From the NCBI RefSeq assembly GCF_009914755.1, contig NC_060938.1: a stretch of DNA of 64,000 nt. One strand, given 5' to 3'. Positions 19,598 to 33,600 of the stretch are shown piece after piece. The notes beneath the pieces were generated by a model. It made no database searches. It saw only the letters and a program-made list of their open reading frames with translations, and was not told the DNA's origin. The stretch comes from the human T2T-CHM13v2.0 reference genome, Homo sapiens. The position numbers and the translations under genes are program-made. Every line of letters starts with the position of its first letter. Position 1 is the first letter of the stretch.

Positions 19598-22500
19598 TGA
19601 CCCATCTCTGAACTGATCAACAAAGTGACTTAACACTTGTCTAAGCTCTGCCTACAGGAGCTTTGTGACATATCTCTGCATGGATCACCCAGGTGATGGG
19701 ACTTTTGTCTAGGCTCTGCCTATGGGGGCATTGTGACATAACTCTACAATGATCACCCAGGTGATGTAACTCTTGTGTTGGATCTGCCTATGGTGGCATT
19801 GTGACATATTTTTGCACTGATCATCCAGGTGTTGGGACTCCTTTCTAGGCTCTGTGTATGGGGGCTTTGTGACATATCTCTGCACTTATCACCCAGGTGA
19901 TGTAACGCTTGACTAGGCTCTGCCTACGGGGTATAGTGAAATATCACTGCAATGATCACCGCGGTGATGTAACTCTTGTCCAGGCTCTGCGTATGGGGGC
20001 CTTGTGACATATCTCTGCACTGATCATCTTGGAGATGTAATTCTTGCTTACGCTCTGTCAGCAGGGGCATTGTGAAATATCCCTGCACTGATCACCCAGG
20101 TGATGGGACCCTTCTCTAGGCTCTGGTTACTGGGGGCATTGTCACACAGGCCTGCCCTGATTACCCAGGTGACGGACTATTGTCTTGGATTTGCCTATGG
20201 GGGCATTGTGACATATCTCTGCACTGATCACCCAGGTGATGTAACTCTGGTCTAAGCTATGCCTAAAGGGGCATTGTGAGAGATTTCTGCACTGGTCACC
20301 CAGGTGATGTAACTCTTGTAACTCTTGTCTAGGCTCTATTTACAGGGGGTATTGTGACATATCTCTGCACTGATCACCTAAGTGATGTAACACTTGTGTA
20401 GGATCTGTCTACAGGGGAATTTTGACATATCTCTGCACTGTTAACCGAGGTGATGTATCTCTTGTCTAAGCTGTGCCCACAGGAGGATTGAGACATATCT
20501 CTGCACTGATCCCAAGGTGATCCACCTCTTGCCTGGTCTCTGCCTACTGGGGACATTGTGACATGTCTCTGCACTGATCTCCCAGGTGCTGTAACTTTAG
20601 TCTAGGATCTGGCTACATGGCAATGTGACATATCACTGCACTGATCACCCAGGTGATATAACTCTTTTCTATGCTCTGCCTATAGGGGGCTTGTGACATA
20701 TCTCTGCACTGATCACCCAGGTGATATAACTCTTCTCTAGGATCTGCCTACAGGGTGCTTTGTGACATATCCCTGCAATGATCACCCAGGTGATATACCA
20801 CTTGTCGAGGCTCTGCCTACAGGGGCATTGTGATGTATCTCTGCACTGATCACCTAGGTCATATAACTCTTGTCTAGGCTCTGCCTACAGAGGCATTTTG
20901 ACATATCTCTGCACTGATCACCCAGGTGATGTAACTCTTTTCTAGGATCTGCCTACACGGTGCTTTGTGACATATCCCTGCAATGATCACACAGGTGATA
21001 TACAACTTGCCAAGGCTCTGCCTACAGGGACATTGCGATGTATTTCTACACTGATCACCTAGGTCATGTAACTCTTGTCTAGCCTCTGCCTACAGTGGCA
21101 TTGTGACATATCTCTGCACTGATCATCCAAGTGATGTAACACTTGTCTAGGATCTCCCTAAAGGGACTTTGTGACATAAGTCTGCACTGATCATCCAGGT
21201 GATGGGGCTTTTGTCTAGGCTATCACCCAGGTTATGTCATTTTGGCAAGGATATGGCTACAGGGACGTTGTGACATGTCATGGCACTGATCACACAGCTG
21301 ATGTAACTCTTGTCAAGGCTCTGGCTACAGGGGCTTGTGACACATCTCTGCACTGATCACCCAGGTGATGTAATCCTTGTCTAGGCTGTGCCAAAAGGGG
21401 CATTGTGACATAACTCGGCACTGATCAGACAGATGTTGGGACACTTGTCTAGGCTCTGCCTACAGGGGCATAGTGACATATATCTGCAGTGATAACGCAG
21501 GTGATGTAACTCTTGTCTATATCTGCCTACTGGTGGCATTGTGGCATATTTCTGCACTGATCACCCAGGTGATGGACTCTTGTTTTGGATCTGCCTATGG
21601 GGACATTGTGACATACCTCTGCACTGATCACCCAGGTGATGGAACTGTTGTATAAGCTCTACCTACAGGGGAATTGTGAGAGATCTCGCCACTGATCACC
21701 CAAGTGATGTAACTATTGTCTAGGCTTTGCCTACAAGGGGCTTTGTGACATACCTTTGCACTGATCACCTAGGTGATGTAACTCATCTAAGTTCGGCCTA
21801 CTGGAGCTTTGTGACATATCTCTGCACTGATCACTTAGGTGATGTAACACTTTTATAAGCACTGCCTACAGGGAATTTCGACAAATCTCTGCACTGATCA
21901 CCTAGGTGATGTAACTCTTGTCTACCCTCTGCCCAAAGGGGGCATTGTGAAATATCTCTGCACTGATTACCCAGGTGATGTAACTCTTTTCTAGGCTCCA
22001 CCTACAGGGGGTATTGCGACATATCTCTGCACTGATCACCCAGGTGAGGGGCTCTTGTCTAGGTTCTGTGTATTGGGGCTTTGTGACATATATCTACACT
22101 GATCACCCAGGTAATAAAACGCTTGACTAGGCTCTGCCTACGGGGCATAGAGACATATCACTTCATTGATCACCAAGGTGATGTAACTCTTGTCCAGGCT
22201 CTGCCTATAGGGGGCCTTGTGACATATCTCTGCACCGATCATCTTGGTGGTGTAACTCTTGCTTATGCTCTGCCTGCAGGGGCATTGTGAAATATCTCTG
22301 CCTTGATCACCCAGGTGATGGGACTCCTCTCTAGGCTCTGCCTCCTGGGGGCATTGTCTGCACTGATCACCCAGGTGACGGACTCTTGTCTTGGATTTGC
22401 CTACGGGGGCATTGTGACATATCTCTGCACTGATCACCCAGGTGATGTAACTCTAGTCTAAGCTCTGCCTAAAGGGGCATTGTGACAGACGTCTGCAATG

Positions 22501-25500
22501 ATCACTCAGGTGATGTAACTATTGTCTAGGCTCTGCCTAAAGGGGCCTTGTCACATATCTCTGCACCGATCACCCAGGTTATGTAACACTTGTCTAGGCT
22601 CTGCTTACAGGTGGTATTGTGACATATCTCTGCACTGATCAGCTAAGTGATGTAACACTTGTGTAGGCTCTACCTACAGGGGCATTTTGACATATCTCTG
22701 CACTGTTAACCGAGGTGATGTAACTCTTGTCTACGCTGTGCCCACAGGTGGATTGAGACATATCTCTGCACTGAAGCCGAGGTGATCCAAATCTTGCCTG
22801 GTCTCTGCCTACTGGGGACATTGTGACATATCTCTGCACTGATCTCCCATGTGCTGTAACTTTAGTCCAGGCTCTGGCTACATGGCATTGTGACTTATCA
22901 CTGCACTGATCACCCAAGTGATATAACTGTTGTCTAGGCTCTGCCTACAGGGGACTTTTGACATACACCTGCACTGATCACCCAGGTGATATAACTCTTC
23001 TCTAGGATCTGCCTACAGGGTGCTTTATGACATATCCCTGCAATGATCACCCAGGTGATATACCACTTGTCAAGGCTCTGCCTACAGGGGCATTGCGATG
23101 TATCTCTGCACTGATCAGCTAGGTCATGTAACTATTGTCTAGGCTCTGCCTACAGTGGCATTGTGACATATCTCTGCTCTGATCACCCAGGTGATGTAAC
23201 TCTTATGTAGGATCTGCCTGCAGGATGCTTTGTGACATATCCCTGCAATGATCACCCAGGTGATGTACCACTTGTCAAGGCTCTGCCTACTGGGACATTG
23301 AGACGTATCTCTGCACTGACCACCTAGGTCATGTAACTTGTCTAGGCTCTGTGTACAGGGGCATTTTATCATATCACTTCACTGATCACCGAGATGATGT
23401 AACTCTTGTATAGGCTTCACCGACAGTGGGCATTATGACATGTCTCTCCACTGATCACCGATGTGATGCCACTCTTGTCTGGGACCTTCTTACAGGGGGC
23501 ATTGTGACGTATATCTGCCCTGATCTCCCAAGTGAGGTAACTGTTGTCTAGGCTCTGCCTACTAGAGACATTGTGACATATCTCCGCACTGATCACCCAG
23601 GTGATGTCACTTTTGTCAAGGATATGGCTACAGGGGCATTGTGACATGTTACTGCACTTATCACACAGCTGATGTAACCCTTGTCTAATCTCTGGCTGGA
23701 GGGGCTTGTGACACATCTCTGCACTGATCACCCAGGTGATGTAACCCTTGTCTAGGCTCTGCCAAAAGGGGACATTGTGACATAACTCTGCACTGATCAC
23801 CCAGGTGATGGGACTCTTGTCTAGGCTCTGCCTAGAGGGGTATTGTGACATATCTCTGCAGTGATCACGCAGGTGATGTAACTATTTTCTATATCTGCCT
23901 ACTGGTGGCATTGTGACATATTTCTGCACTGATCACGCAGGTGATGGACTCTTGTCTTGGATCTGCCTATGGGGGCATAGTGACATATCTCTGCACTGAT
24001 CACTCATGTGATGTAACACTTGTCTAAGCTGTGCCTAAAGGGGAATTGTGTCAGATATCTCCGCTGATCACCAAGGTGATGTAACAATTTTCTGGGATTT
24101 GTCTACAGGGGGCTTTGTGACATATCTTTACACTGATCATCCAGGAGATGTAACACTTGTCTAGGCTCCGCTTAAAAGGGCTTTGTCACATATCTCTGCA
24201 CTGATCACCCAGGTGATGTAATGCTTGTCTAGGCTCTGCTTACAGGGTGTATTGTGACATATCTCTGCACTGATCACCCAGGTGATATAACTCTTCTCTG
24301 GGATCTGCCTACAGGGTGCTTTGTGACATATCCCAGCAATGATCACCAAGGTGATATACCACATGTCAAGGCTCTTCCTACAGGGGCATTGCGATGTATC
24401 TCAGCACTGATCACCTAGGTCATGTAACTCTTGTCTATGCTCTGCCTACACTGGCATTGTGACATATGTCTGCACTGATCACCCAGGTGATGTAAATCTT
24501 GTCTAGGATCTGCCTAAAGGGACTTTGTGACATAAATCTGCACTGATCAATCAGGTGATGGGGCTGTTGTATAAGCTCTGCCTAAGGGGGCATTGTGACG
24601 TACTTCTGCACTGATCATCCAGGTGAAGGACTCTTGTCTTGGATCTGCCAATGGGGAATTCTGACATATTTCTGCAGTGATCACCCAGGTGATGTAACTG
24701 TAGTAAAAGCTCTGCCTACAGGGGAATTGTGAGAGATCTTGCCTCTGATCACCCAAGTGATGTAACTGTTGTCTAGGCTTTGCCTACAGGGGCTTTGTGA
24801 CAAACCTTTGCACAGATAACCCAGGTGATGTAACTCTTCTAATTTCTCCCTACAGGATCTTTGTGACATATCTCTGCACTGATCAATTAGGTGATGTAAC
24901 ACTTTTATAAGAACTGCCTACAGGGAATTTTGACAAATCTCTGCAATGATCACCTAGATGATGTAACTCTTGTCTACCCTCTGCCCAAAGGGGGCACTGT
25001 GAAATATCTCTGCATAAATTAACCAGGTGATTCAACAGTTGTCTAGGATATTCGTACAGGAGGGGCTATTGTGAAATATCTCTGAACTGATCAACTAGGT
25101 GGTGTAACACTTGTCTAGGCTCTGCCTACAGGGGCGTTTTCACATATCTCTGAACTGATGACAAAGGTGATGTAACTCTTGCCTAGGCTTTTCCTACAGT
25201 GCACATTGTGACATACATCTGCACTGATCACCCAGGTGATGCAACTCTTGCCTAGGCTGTGCCTACAGGGGACATTGTGACATATCTCTGCACTGATCAC
25301 CCAGGTGATGCAACTCTTCTCTATGCTCTACCTACAGGGGACATTGAGACATATGTCTGCACTGATTACCCAGGTGATGCAACTCTTCTCTATGCTCTGC
25401 CTACAGGGGAATTTTGACATATTTCTGCACTGATCACCCAGGTGATGTAACAATTTTCTAGTCTCTGCCTACAGAGGGCGTTGTGACATCACTCTGCACG

Positions 25501-27864
25501 GATCACCCCGGTTATGTAACTCTTGTTTAGGCTCTGCCTATGGGGACATTGTGACTTATCTCTGAACTGATCGCCCAGGAGATGTGACTCTTGTCTAAGC
25601 TCTGCCTAGAGGGACATTGGGACATATCTCTGCACTCATCGCTGAGGTGATGTAAAACTTGTCTAGGATTTGCCTACAGTGGGATTTATGACAAATCTCT
25701 GCACTGATCACCCTGGTGATGTACCTCTTGTCTAGGCTCTGCTTACAGCGGGTATTGCGAGATATCTCTGCACTGATCAACCAGGAGATATAACTCTTTT
25801 CTAGGCTCTGCCTATGGGGGCATTTTAACGTATCACTGCACTGATGACCGAGATGATGTAACTCTTGTACAGGCTTCGCCGACAGGGGCATTGAGAAATA
25901 TCTCTGCACTGATCACCGAGGTGATTCAGCTCTTCTCTGGGATCTGTTTACAAGGGGCATTGTGACATATCCCTGCCCTGATCACCCAGGTTCTGTAACC
26001 CTTGTCTATGTTCTGCGTACTGGAGACATTGTGACATATCTCCGCACTGATCACCCAGGTGATGTCACTTTTCTCAAGGATATGGCTACAGGGACATTGT
26101 GACATCTCACTGCACTGATCACACAGCTGATGTAAACCTTGTCTAGGCTCTGGCTACAGGGCACTTTTTACACATCTCTGCACTGATCACCCAGGTGATG
26201 TAAACCTTGTCTAGGCTCTGCCAAAAGGGGGCATTGTGACATAACTCTGCACTGGACACCCAGGTGATGGGACTCTTGTCTAGGCTCTGCCTACAGGGGC
26301 ATTGTGACATATCTCTGCAGTGATCACGCAGGTGATGTAACTCTTGTCTATATCTGCCTACTGGCGGCATTGTGGCATATTTCTGCACTCATCACCCAGG
26401 TGATGGACTCTATTCTTGGATCTGCCTATGGGGGCATAGTGACATATCCCTGCACTGATCACTCATGTGATGTAACGCTTGTCTAAGCTGCACCTAAAGG
26501 GGAATTGTGACAGATATCTCCACTGATCATCCAGGTGATGTAACAATTTTCTGGGATTTGTCTACAGGGGGCTTTGTGACATATCTTTGCACTGAACACC
26601 CAGGAGAGGCATCTGTTTTCTGGGCTCGGCCTTCAGGGGCTTTGGGACATATATCTCTACTGATCACCCAGGAGATGTAACTCTTGTTTAGGCTCTGCCT
26701 ACAGGGGATTTGTGACATATTGCTGTACTGATCACCCAGGTGATGTAACTCTTCTCTAGGCTCCACCTACAGGGTGTATTGTGACGTATCTCCGCACTGA
26801 TCACCCAGGTGATGTACCTCTTGTCTAGGCTCCACCTACAGGTGGTATTGTGACGTATCTCTGCACTGATCACCCAGGTGATGTAACATTTATCTAGGCT
26901 CTGCCTACAGGGGGATTTTGCCGTAGCTCTGCACAGATCACCTCAGTTATGTAACTCTTGACCACTCTCTGCCTACAGGGAGCATTGTGAAATATCTCCA
27001 CAATGATCACCGAGGTGAAGGTACTCTTCTGTATACACTGCCTAGAGAGATATATGTGACATATCTCGACACTGATCACCCGGCTGATGGAAGTCTTGTC
27101 TACGCTCTGTCTATGGGGGCATTGTGTCAAATATCTGCACTGATCACCCAGGTGATGTAACTCTTTTCTAGGCTCTGTCTACAGGGATTTTGTGACATAT
27201 CCCTGCACTGATCACCTAGGTGATGTAAGCCTTGTATGGGCTTCGCCTACAGAAGGCTATATGACATAACTATGCACTGATCTCTGAGGTGATGCAACTC
27301 TTGTCTAGGCACTGCCTACAGAGGACATTGGTACATATCTCTGCACTGATCACCCAGGTGATGGACCCTTGTCTTAGATCTGCCTACATGGACATTGTGA
27401 CACATCTCTGAACTGATCAACCAAGTGATGAAACTCTTGTCTTGGCTCTGCCTGCAGGGTCTTTGTGACACATTTCTGCACTGATCATCTTGGGGAGGGA
27501 ACTCTTGTCTACGCTCTGCCTACAGGAGGCTTTATGACTTATACCTGCACTGATCCCTAGGTGATGTAACACTTGTCTAGGCCGTGTCTACACGGGAATT
27601 TTCACATATCTCTACACTGATCACCTAAGTTTTTTAATGCTTGTCTAGGTTCAGCATACTGGGTATTTCTGACATACCTATGCACTGATCATCGAGGTGA
27701 TGTAAATCATTTCCAGCCTTTTTGTCCCGGGGACATTGTGATATATCTCTGCACTGATCACCCCCATGATGCAAATCTTCTCTAGGCTCCGCAGGGAGGG
27801 GGCATTGTGACATAATACTGAACTGATCATCCAGGAGATGTTACTATTCTACGGGCTTTGACTA
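19598..27864 (-). repeat. Beta-satellite spacer S2 (~8.3 kb)
   Basis: Continuous 68-bp monomers. Confidence 0.97.
27633..27638 (-). terminator. Candidate polyadenylation signal ATTAAA downstream of U3
   Basis: Minus strand reads CAAGC-ATTAAA-AAACTTAGGTGAT-CA-GTGTAG, with a CA ~14 nt downstream of the hexamer. Absent at the homologous monomer of the other units. Function untested. Confidence 0.35.
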
Positions 27865-28569
27865 AAGAACGTCGGAAGATGTTGGGATAGCCTCAGCCGG
27901 AATTTCAGGGACGGACAAGGGCACAGAGAGGCCATTGGGCTCCTTGCACGTCAGCCGGAGTGCGCAATGAACGCAGGTCTAGCCAGGAGGACGGCAAAGA
28001 GAGCTAGAGGTCTGCTTTCCGCCACCGTTCTCTCCATGGTGGCAGCTGGGAGGCTGCAGGGGCACCGGCGGGCGGGTGATGGTGGCGTGGATGCGCAGAG
28101 GAGGCGAGCCGCTGGAGTGATGTCAGGCCTTGATGCTGCGTGGGCCCGTTGTTTCGCGGGATGGGGGTCTCCACCCAGCCCAGGGGAGGATGCATTTTCC
28201 GGGGCTGGGTGTTGGGGTTGGGGTGGGGCTGGTCAGGCGTGGTTGGGATGGTGGAAATGCATGAGGTCTCTGCCCGGGCTGCTCCCACAGCCCAGGCGGC
28301 TGCCCACAAACCCAAGTTTGCGCAGTAGGTGGCCCACCTGCTGGTACCTGTGCTGGCTCTGTGATCCCCAGGATGCCCAGGAAAGAATAGCAGTTCTCCG
28401 CTCTGTGGAGTCTCCCACCGGGCCTATTCCTAGAAGTCAGGAATCCCACGCCGGTCAGCCCGGTGGAGGGGTCACGGGGAAGACACGCCCCTCCATAGCC
28501 AGCCAGGTGTTCCCTGCGAAATAGAAGCCACCGCCCTGCCTCGACCCGACACCTTCCCAGCCCCCCGAC

Positions 28570-28902
28570 CTAAATCTCCTCCAGCAGAGCCCTGGATTCT
28601 TACTCACTGAGGGGTGCTTCCAGTGAGGCGGCCTCTTCCAAGGCCTCCAGATCCCCCGGGGCTTCCGTTTCTAGGAAAGGTTGCACCTGCTGCAGAAACA
28701 CCGGGCTCGCCAGGAGCTCATCCAGCAGCTGGCCGCAGGGGGGGGCAGATGGGCGCCCCAGCTCCTGAAGTGCCTGGGAGGGCGCCGGCATGCCTTGCAT
28801 CTGCCCCTGCCATGCGGAGGCCTCTGGGAGCGCGGGCTGGGTAGGTGGAGCTACCCCGGCTTGGGGTGCCCATGCCGCCCTGGCGACCTGGGGACCCAGG
28901 CC
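28570..28902 (-). pseudogene. Remnant of the U3 DUX C-terminal activation domain beyond the premature stop
   Basis: Same frame ([14 protein letters not shown]…EAPLSE*), with a second stop at 28600-28602 and the original TAG at 28570-28572. Confidence 0.88.
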
Positions 28903-30025
<1,123 letters not shown>

Positions 30026-30634
30026 GCCCTGGGACAGCCGGACCCACCCCAGAAGGGTCCCAGGGCATGGAGGCCTGCAGCCATGGGGTGGTGGGGTGAG
30101 GTGGGAGGTCGTCGTGATTGTGGTGGTGGGGCCAGAGAGACAAAGAGAAAGGTGGAGAGGGGGAAGGGGTAAGGGGCTCGCGTTTCGGGGGCTGGCTCTC
30201 CGGACCTCTCCAGGAATCCCGCGGGAACTGGAAGCCTCTCTCTGGGCTCCCACGCATCTTCAGCAGGGAGAAACCGGCCTGGGAGGGTGGAGGGGAGTGT
30301 GGAACTGAACCTCCTTGGGAGTCTTCAGTGTTCCAGGCCATCTCTCCGTGAAGGAGGCAGTGCCTGTGGGTGTCGCCGTTGCCGGGACAGTCTCACACAC
30401 TCAGGGGTGTGGGTCTCGTTCATTTCCACGTAGGAGACCAGAGCGAGACCCCAGAGAGAAGATGCCACCCCGGCGTGATGGCCTCACGATGGATTCCCGT
30501 GTGCGGCAACATGGGGAGTCTGCATTGCGGCCGGTTTGGAAACTGGCAATTAGAGCGAAGGCACCATGCCGGTCTTCCACCCTTCGCTGCATGTTTCTGG
30601 GCGAACGCAGAGCTCCGGGAGGAAACAGTCAGCA

Positions 30635-33600
30635 TGACACATCTCTGAACTGATCAAAAAAGTGATATAACTCTTGTCTAGGCTCTGCCTACAGGGGCTT
30701 TGTGACTTATCTCTGCACTAATCACCCAGGTGATGGGACTTGTGTCTAGGCTCTGCCTATGGGAGCATTGTGACATATCTCTACACTGATCACCCAGGTG
30801 ACGTAACACATGTGCTGGATCTGCCTATGGGGACATTGTGACATATTTCTTCACTGATCACCCAGGTGATGGGACTCTTGTCTAGGCTCTTTGTATGGGG
30901 GCTTTGTGACATAGCTCTGCACTGAACACACAGGTGATGTAACACTTGACTAGGCTCTGCCTATGGGGCATAATGACATATCACTGCATTGATCACCGAG
31001 GTGATGTAACTCTTGTCCAGGCTCTGCCTATAGGGGTGCTTGTGACATATCTCTGCACTGATCATCTAGGTGATGTAACTCTTGCTTACGCTCTCCCTGC
31101 AGGGGCATTGTGAAATATTTCTAAACTGATCACCCAGGTGATGGGATTCTACTCTAGGCTCTGCCTATTGGGGGCATTGTCAAATATTTCTGCACTGATC
31201 ACCCAGGTGACGGACTCTTGTCTTGGATTTGACTATGGGATCATTGTGTCATATATCTGCACTGATCACCCAGGTGACGTAACTCTGGTCTAAGCTCTGC
31301 CTAAAGGGGCACTGTGACAGATCTCTGCACTGATCACTCAGGTGATGTAACAATTGTCTAGGCTCTGCTTAAAGGGGCCTTGTCACATATCTCTGCACTG
31401 ATAACCCAGGTGACGTAACTCTTGTCTAGGCTCTGCTTAGAGGGGGTATTTTGACATATCTCTGCACTGATCACCTAAGTGATGCAACACTTGTGTAGGC
31501 TCTGCCTATAGGGGCATTTTGACATATCTCTGCACTGTTAACCGAGGTGATGTAACTGTTGTCTAAGCTGTGGCCACAGGGGGATTGAGACATATCTCTG
31601 CACTGAGCCCGAGGTGAACCAACTCTTGCCTGGTCTCTGCTTAGTGGTTATATTGTGACATATCTCTGCACTGATCTCGCAGGTGCTGTAACTTTAGTCT
31701 AAGCTCCAGCTACACGGCATTGTGACATATCACTGCACTGATCACCCAGGTGATATAACTCTTGTCTAGGCACTGCCTACAGGGCGCTTGTGACATATCC
31801 CTGCACTGATCACCCAGGTGATATAACTCTTCTCTAGGAACTGCCTACAGGGAGATTTGTGACATATCACTGCACTGATCACCCAGGTGATATAACTCTT
31901 GTCTAGGCTCTGCCTACAGGGGGCTTGTGACATATCTCTGCACTGATCACACAGGTGATATAACTCTTGTCTATGCTCTGCCTACAGGGGGCTTGTGACA
32001 TATCTCTGCACTGATCACCCAGGTGATGTAACTCTTCTCTAGGATCTGCAGACAGGGTGCTTTGTGACATATCCCTGCAATGATCACCCAGGTGATGTAC
32101 CACTTGTCAAGGCTCTGCCTTCAGGGACATTGTGATGTATCTCTGCACTGATCACGTAGGTCATGTAACTCTTGTCTAGGCTCTGCCTACAGTGGCATTG
32201 TGACATATCCCTGCACTGATCATCCAAGTGATGTAACTCTTGTCTAGGATCTGCCTAAAGGTACTTTGTGACATAACTCTGCAGTGATCATCCAGGTGAT
32301 GGGGCTTTTGTCTAGGCTCTGCCTAAGGGGGTGTTGTGACATATTTTTGCGCTGATCACCCTGGTGACGGACTCTTGTCTTGGATCTGCCTGTGGGGGTA
32401 TTGTGACTTATCTCTGCACTGCTCACCCAGGTGATGTAACTGTTTTATAAGCTCTGCCTATAGGGGAATTGTGAGAGATCTCGCCACTGATCACCTAAGT
32501 GATGTAACTATTTTCCAGGCTTTGCCTACAGGGGGCTTTGAGACATACCTTTGCACTGATCACCCAGGTGATGTAACTCATCTAATTTCTGCCTACAGGA
32601 GCTTTGTGATATATCTCTGCACTGATCACTTAGGTGATATAACACTTTTATAAGCACTGCCTACAGGGAATGTTGACAAATCTCTGCACTGGTCACCTAG
32701 GTGATTTAACTCTTGTCTACCCTCTGCCCAAAGGGGGCATTGTGAAATATCTCTGCACTGATCACCCAGGTGATTCAACTCTTGTCTAGGATCTGCCTAC
32801 AGGGGGTACTGTGAAATATCTCTGCACTGATCAACTAGATGATGTAACTCTTTTCTAGGCTCTGGCTACAGGGGCGTTTTCACATATCCCTGAACTGATG
32901 ACAAAGGTGATGTAACTCTTGCCTCGGCTTTGCCTAGAGGGGACATTCTGACAAATCTCTGCACTGATCACCCAGGTGATGCAACTCTTCTCTATGCATT
33001 GTGTACAAGGGACATTGTGACTTCTCTGTGCACTGATCACCCAGGTGACAGACTGTTTTCTTGGATCTGCCTATGGGGGCATTGTGACATATCTCTGCAC
33101 TGATCACCCAGGTGATGTAACCCTGGTCTAAGCTCTGCCTAAAGGGGCATTGTGACAGATCTCTGCACTGATCACTCAGGTGATGTAACTGTTGTCTAGG
33201 CTCTGCTTAAAGAGGCCTTGTCACATATCTCTGCACTGATCACGCAGGTGATGTAACTCTTGTCTAGGTTCTGCTTACAGGCGGTATTGTGACTTATCTC
33301 TGCACTGATCACCTAAGTGATGTAACATTTCTGTAGGCTCTGCCTACAGGGGCATTTTGACATATCTCTGCACTGTTAACCGAGGTTATGTAACACTTGT
33401 CCAGGCTGTGCCCACAGGGGGTTTGAGCCATATGTCTGCACTGATCCCGAGGTGATCCAACTCTTGCCTGGTCTCTGCCTACTGGGGACATTGTGACTTA
33501 TCTCTGCACTGATCTCCGAGGTGCTGTAACTTTAGTCTAGGCTCTGGCTAAACGGCATTGTGACATATCACTGCACTGATCACCCAAGTGATATAACACT

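Noticed and set aside
27967-28524. Antisense and alternate-frame ORFs over the GC-rich cassettes (for example 185 aa here, 17892-18578, 39077-39796)
   Set aside because: Stop codons are scarce in GC-rich DNA, and the lengths and frames are not conserved among units.
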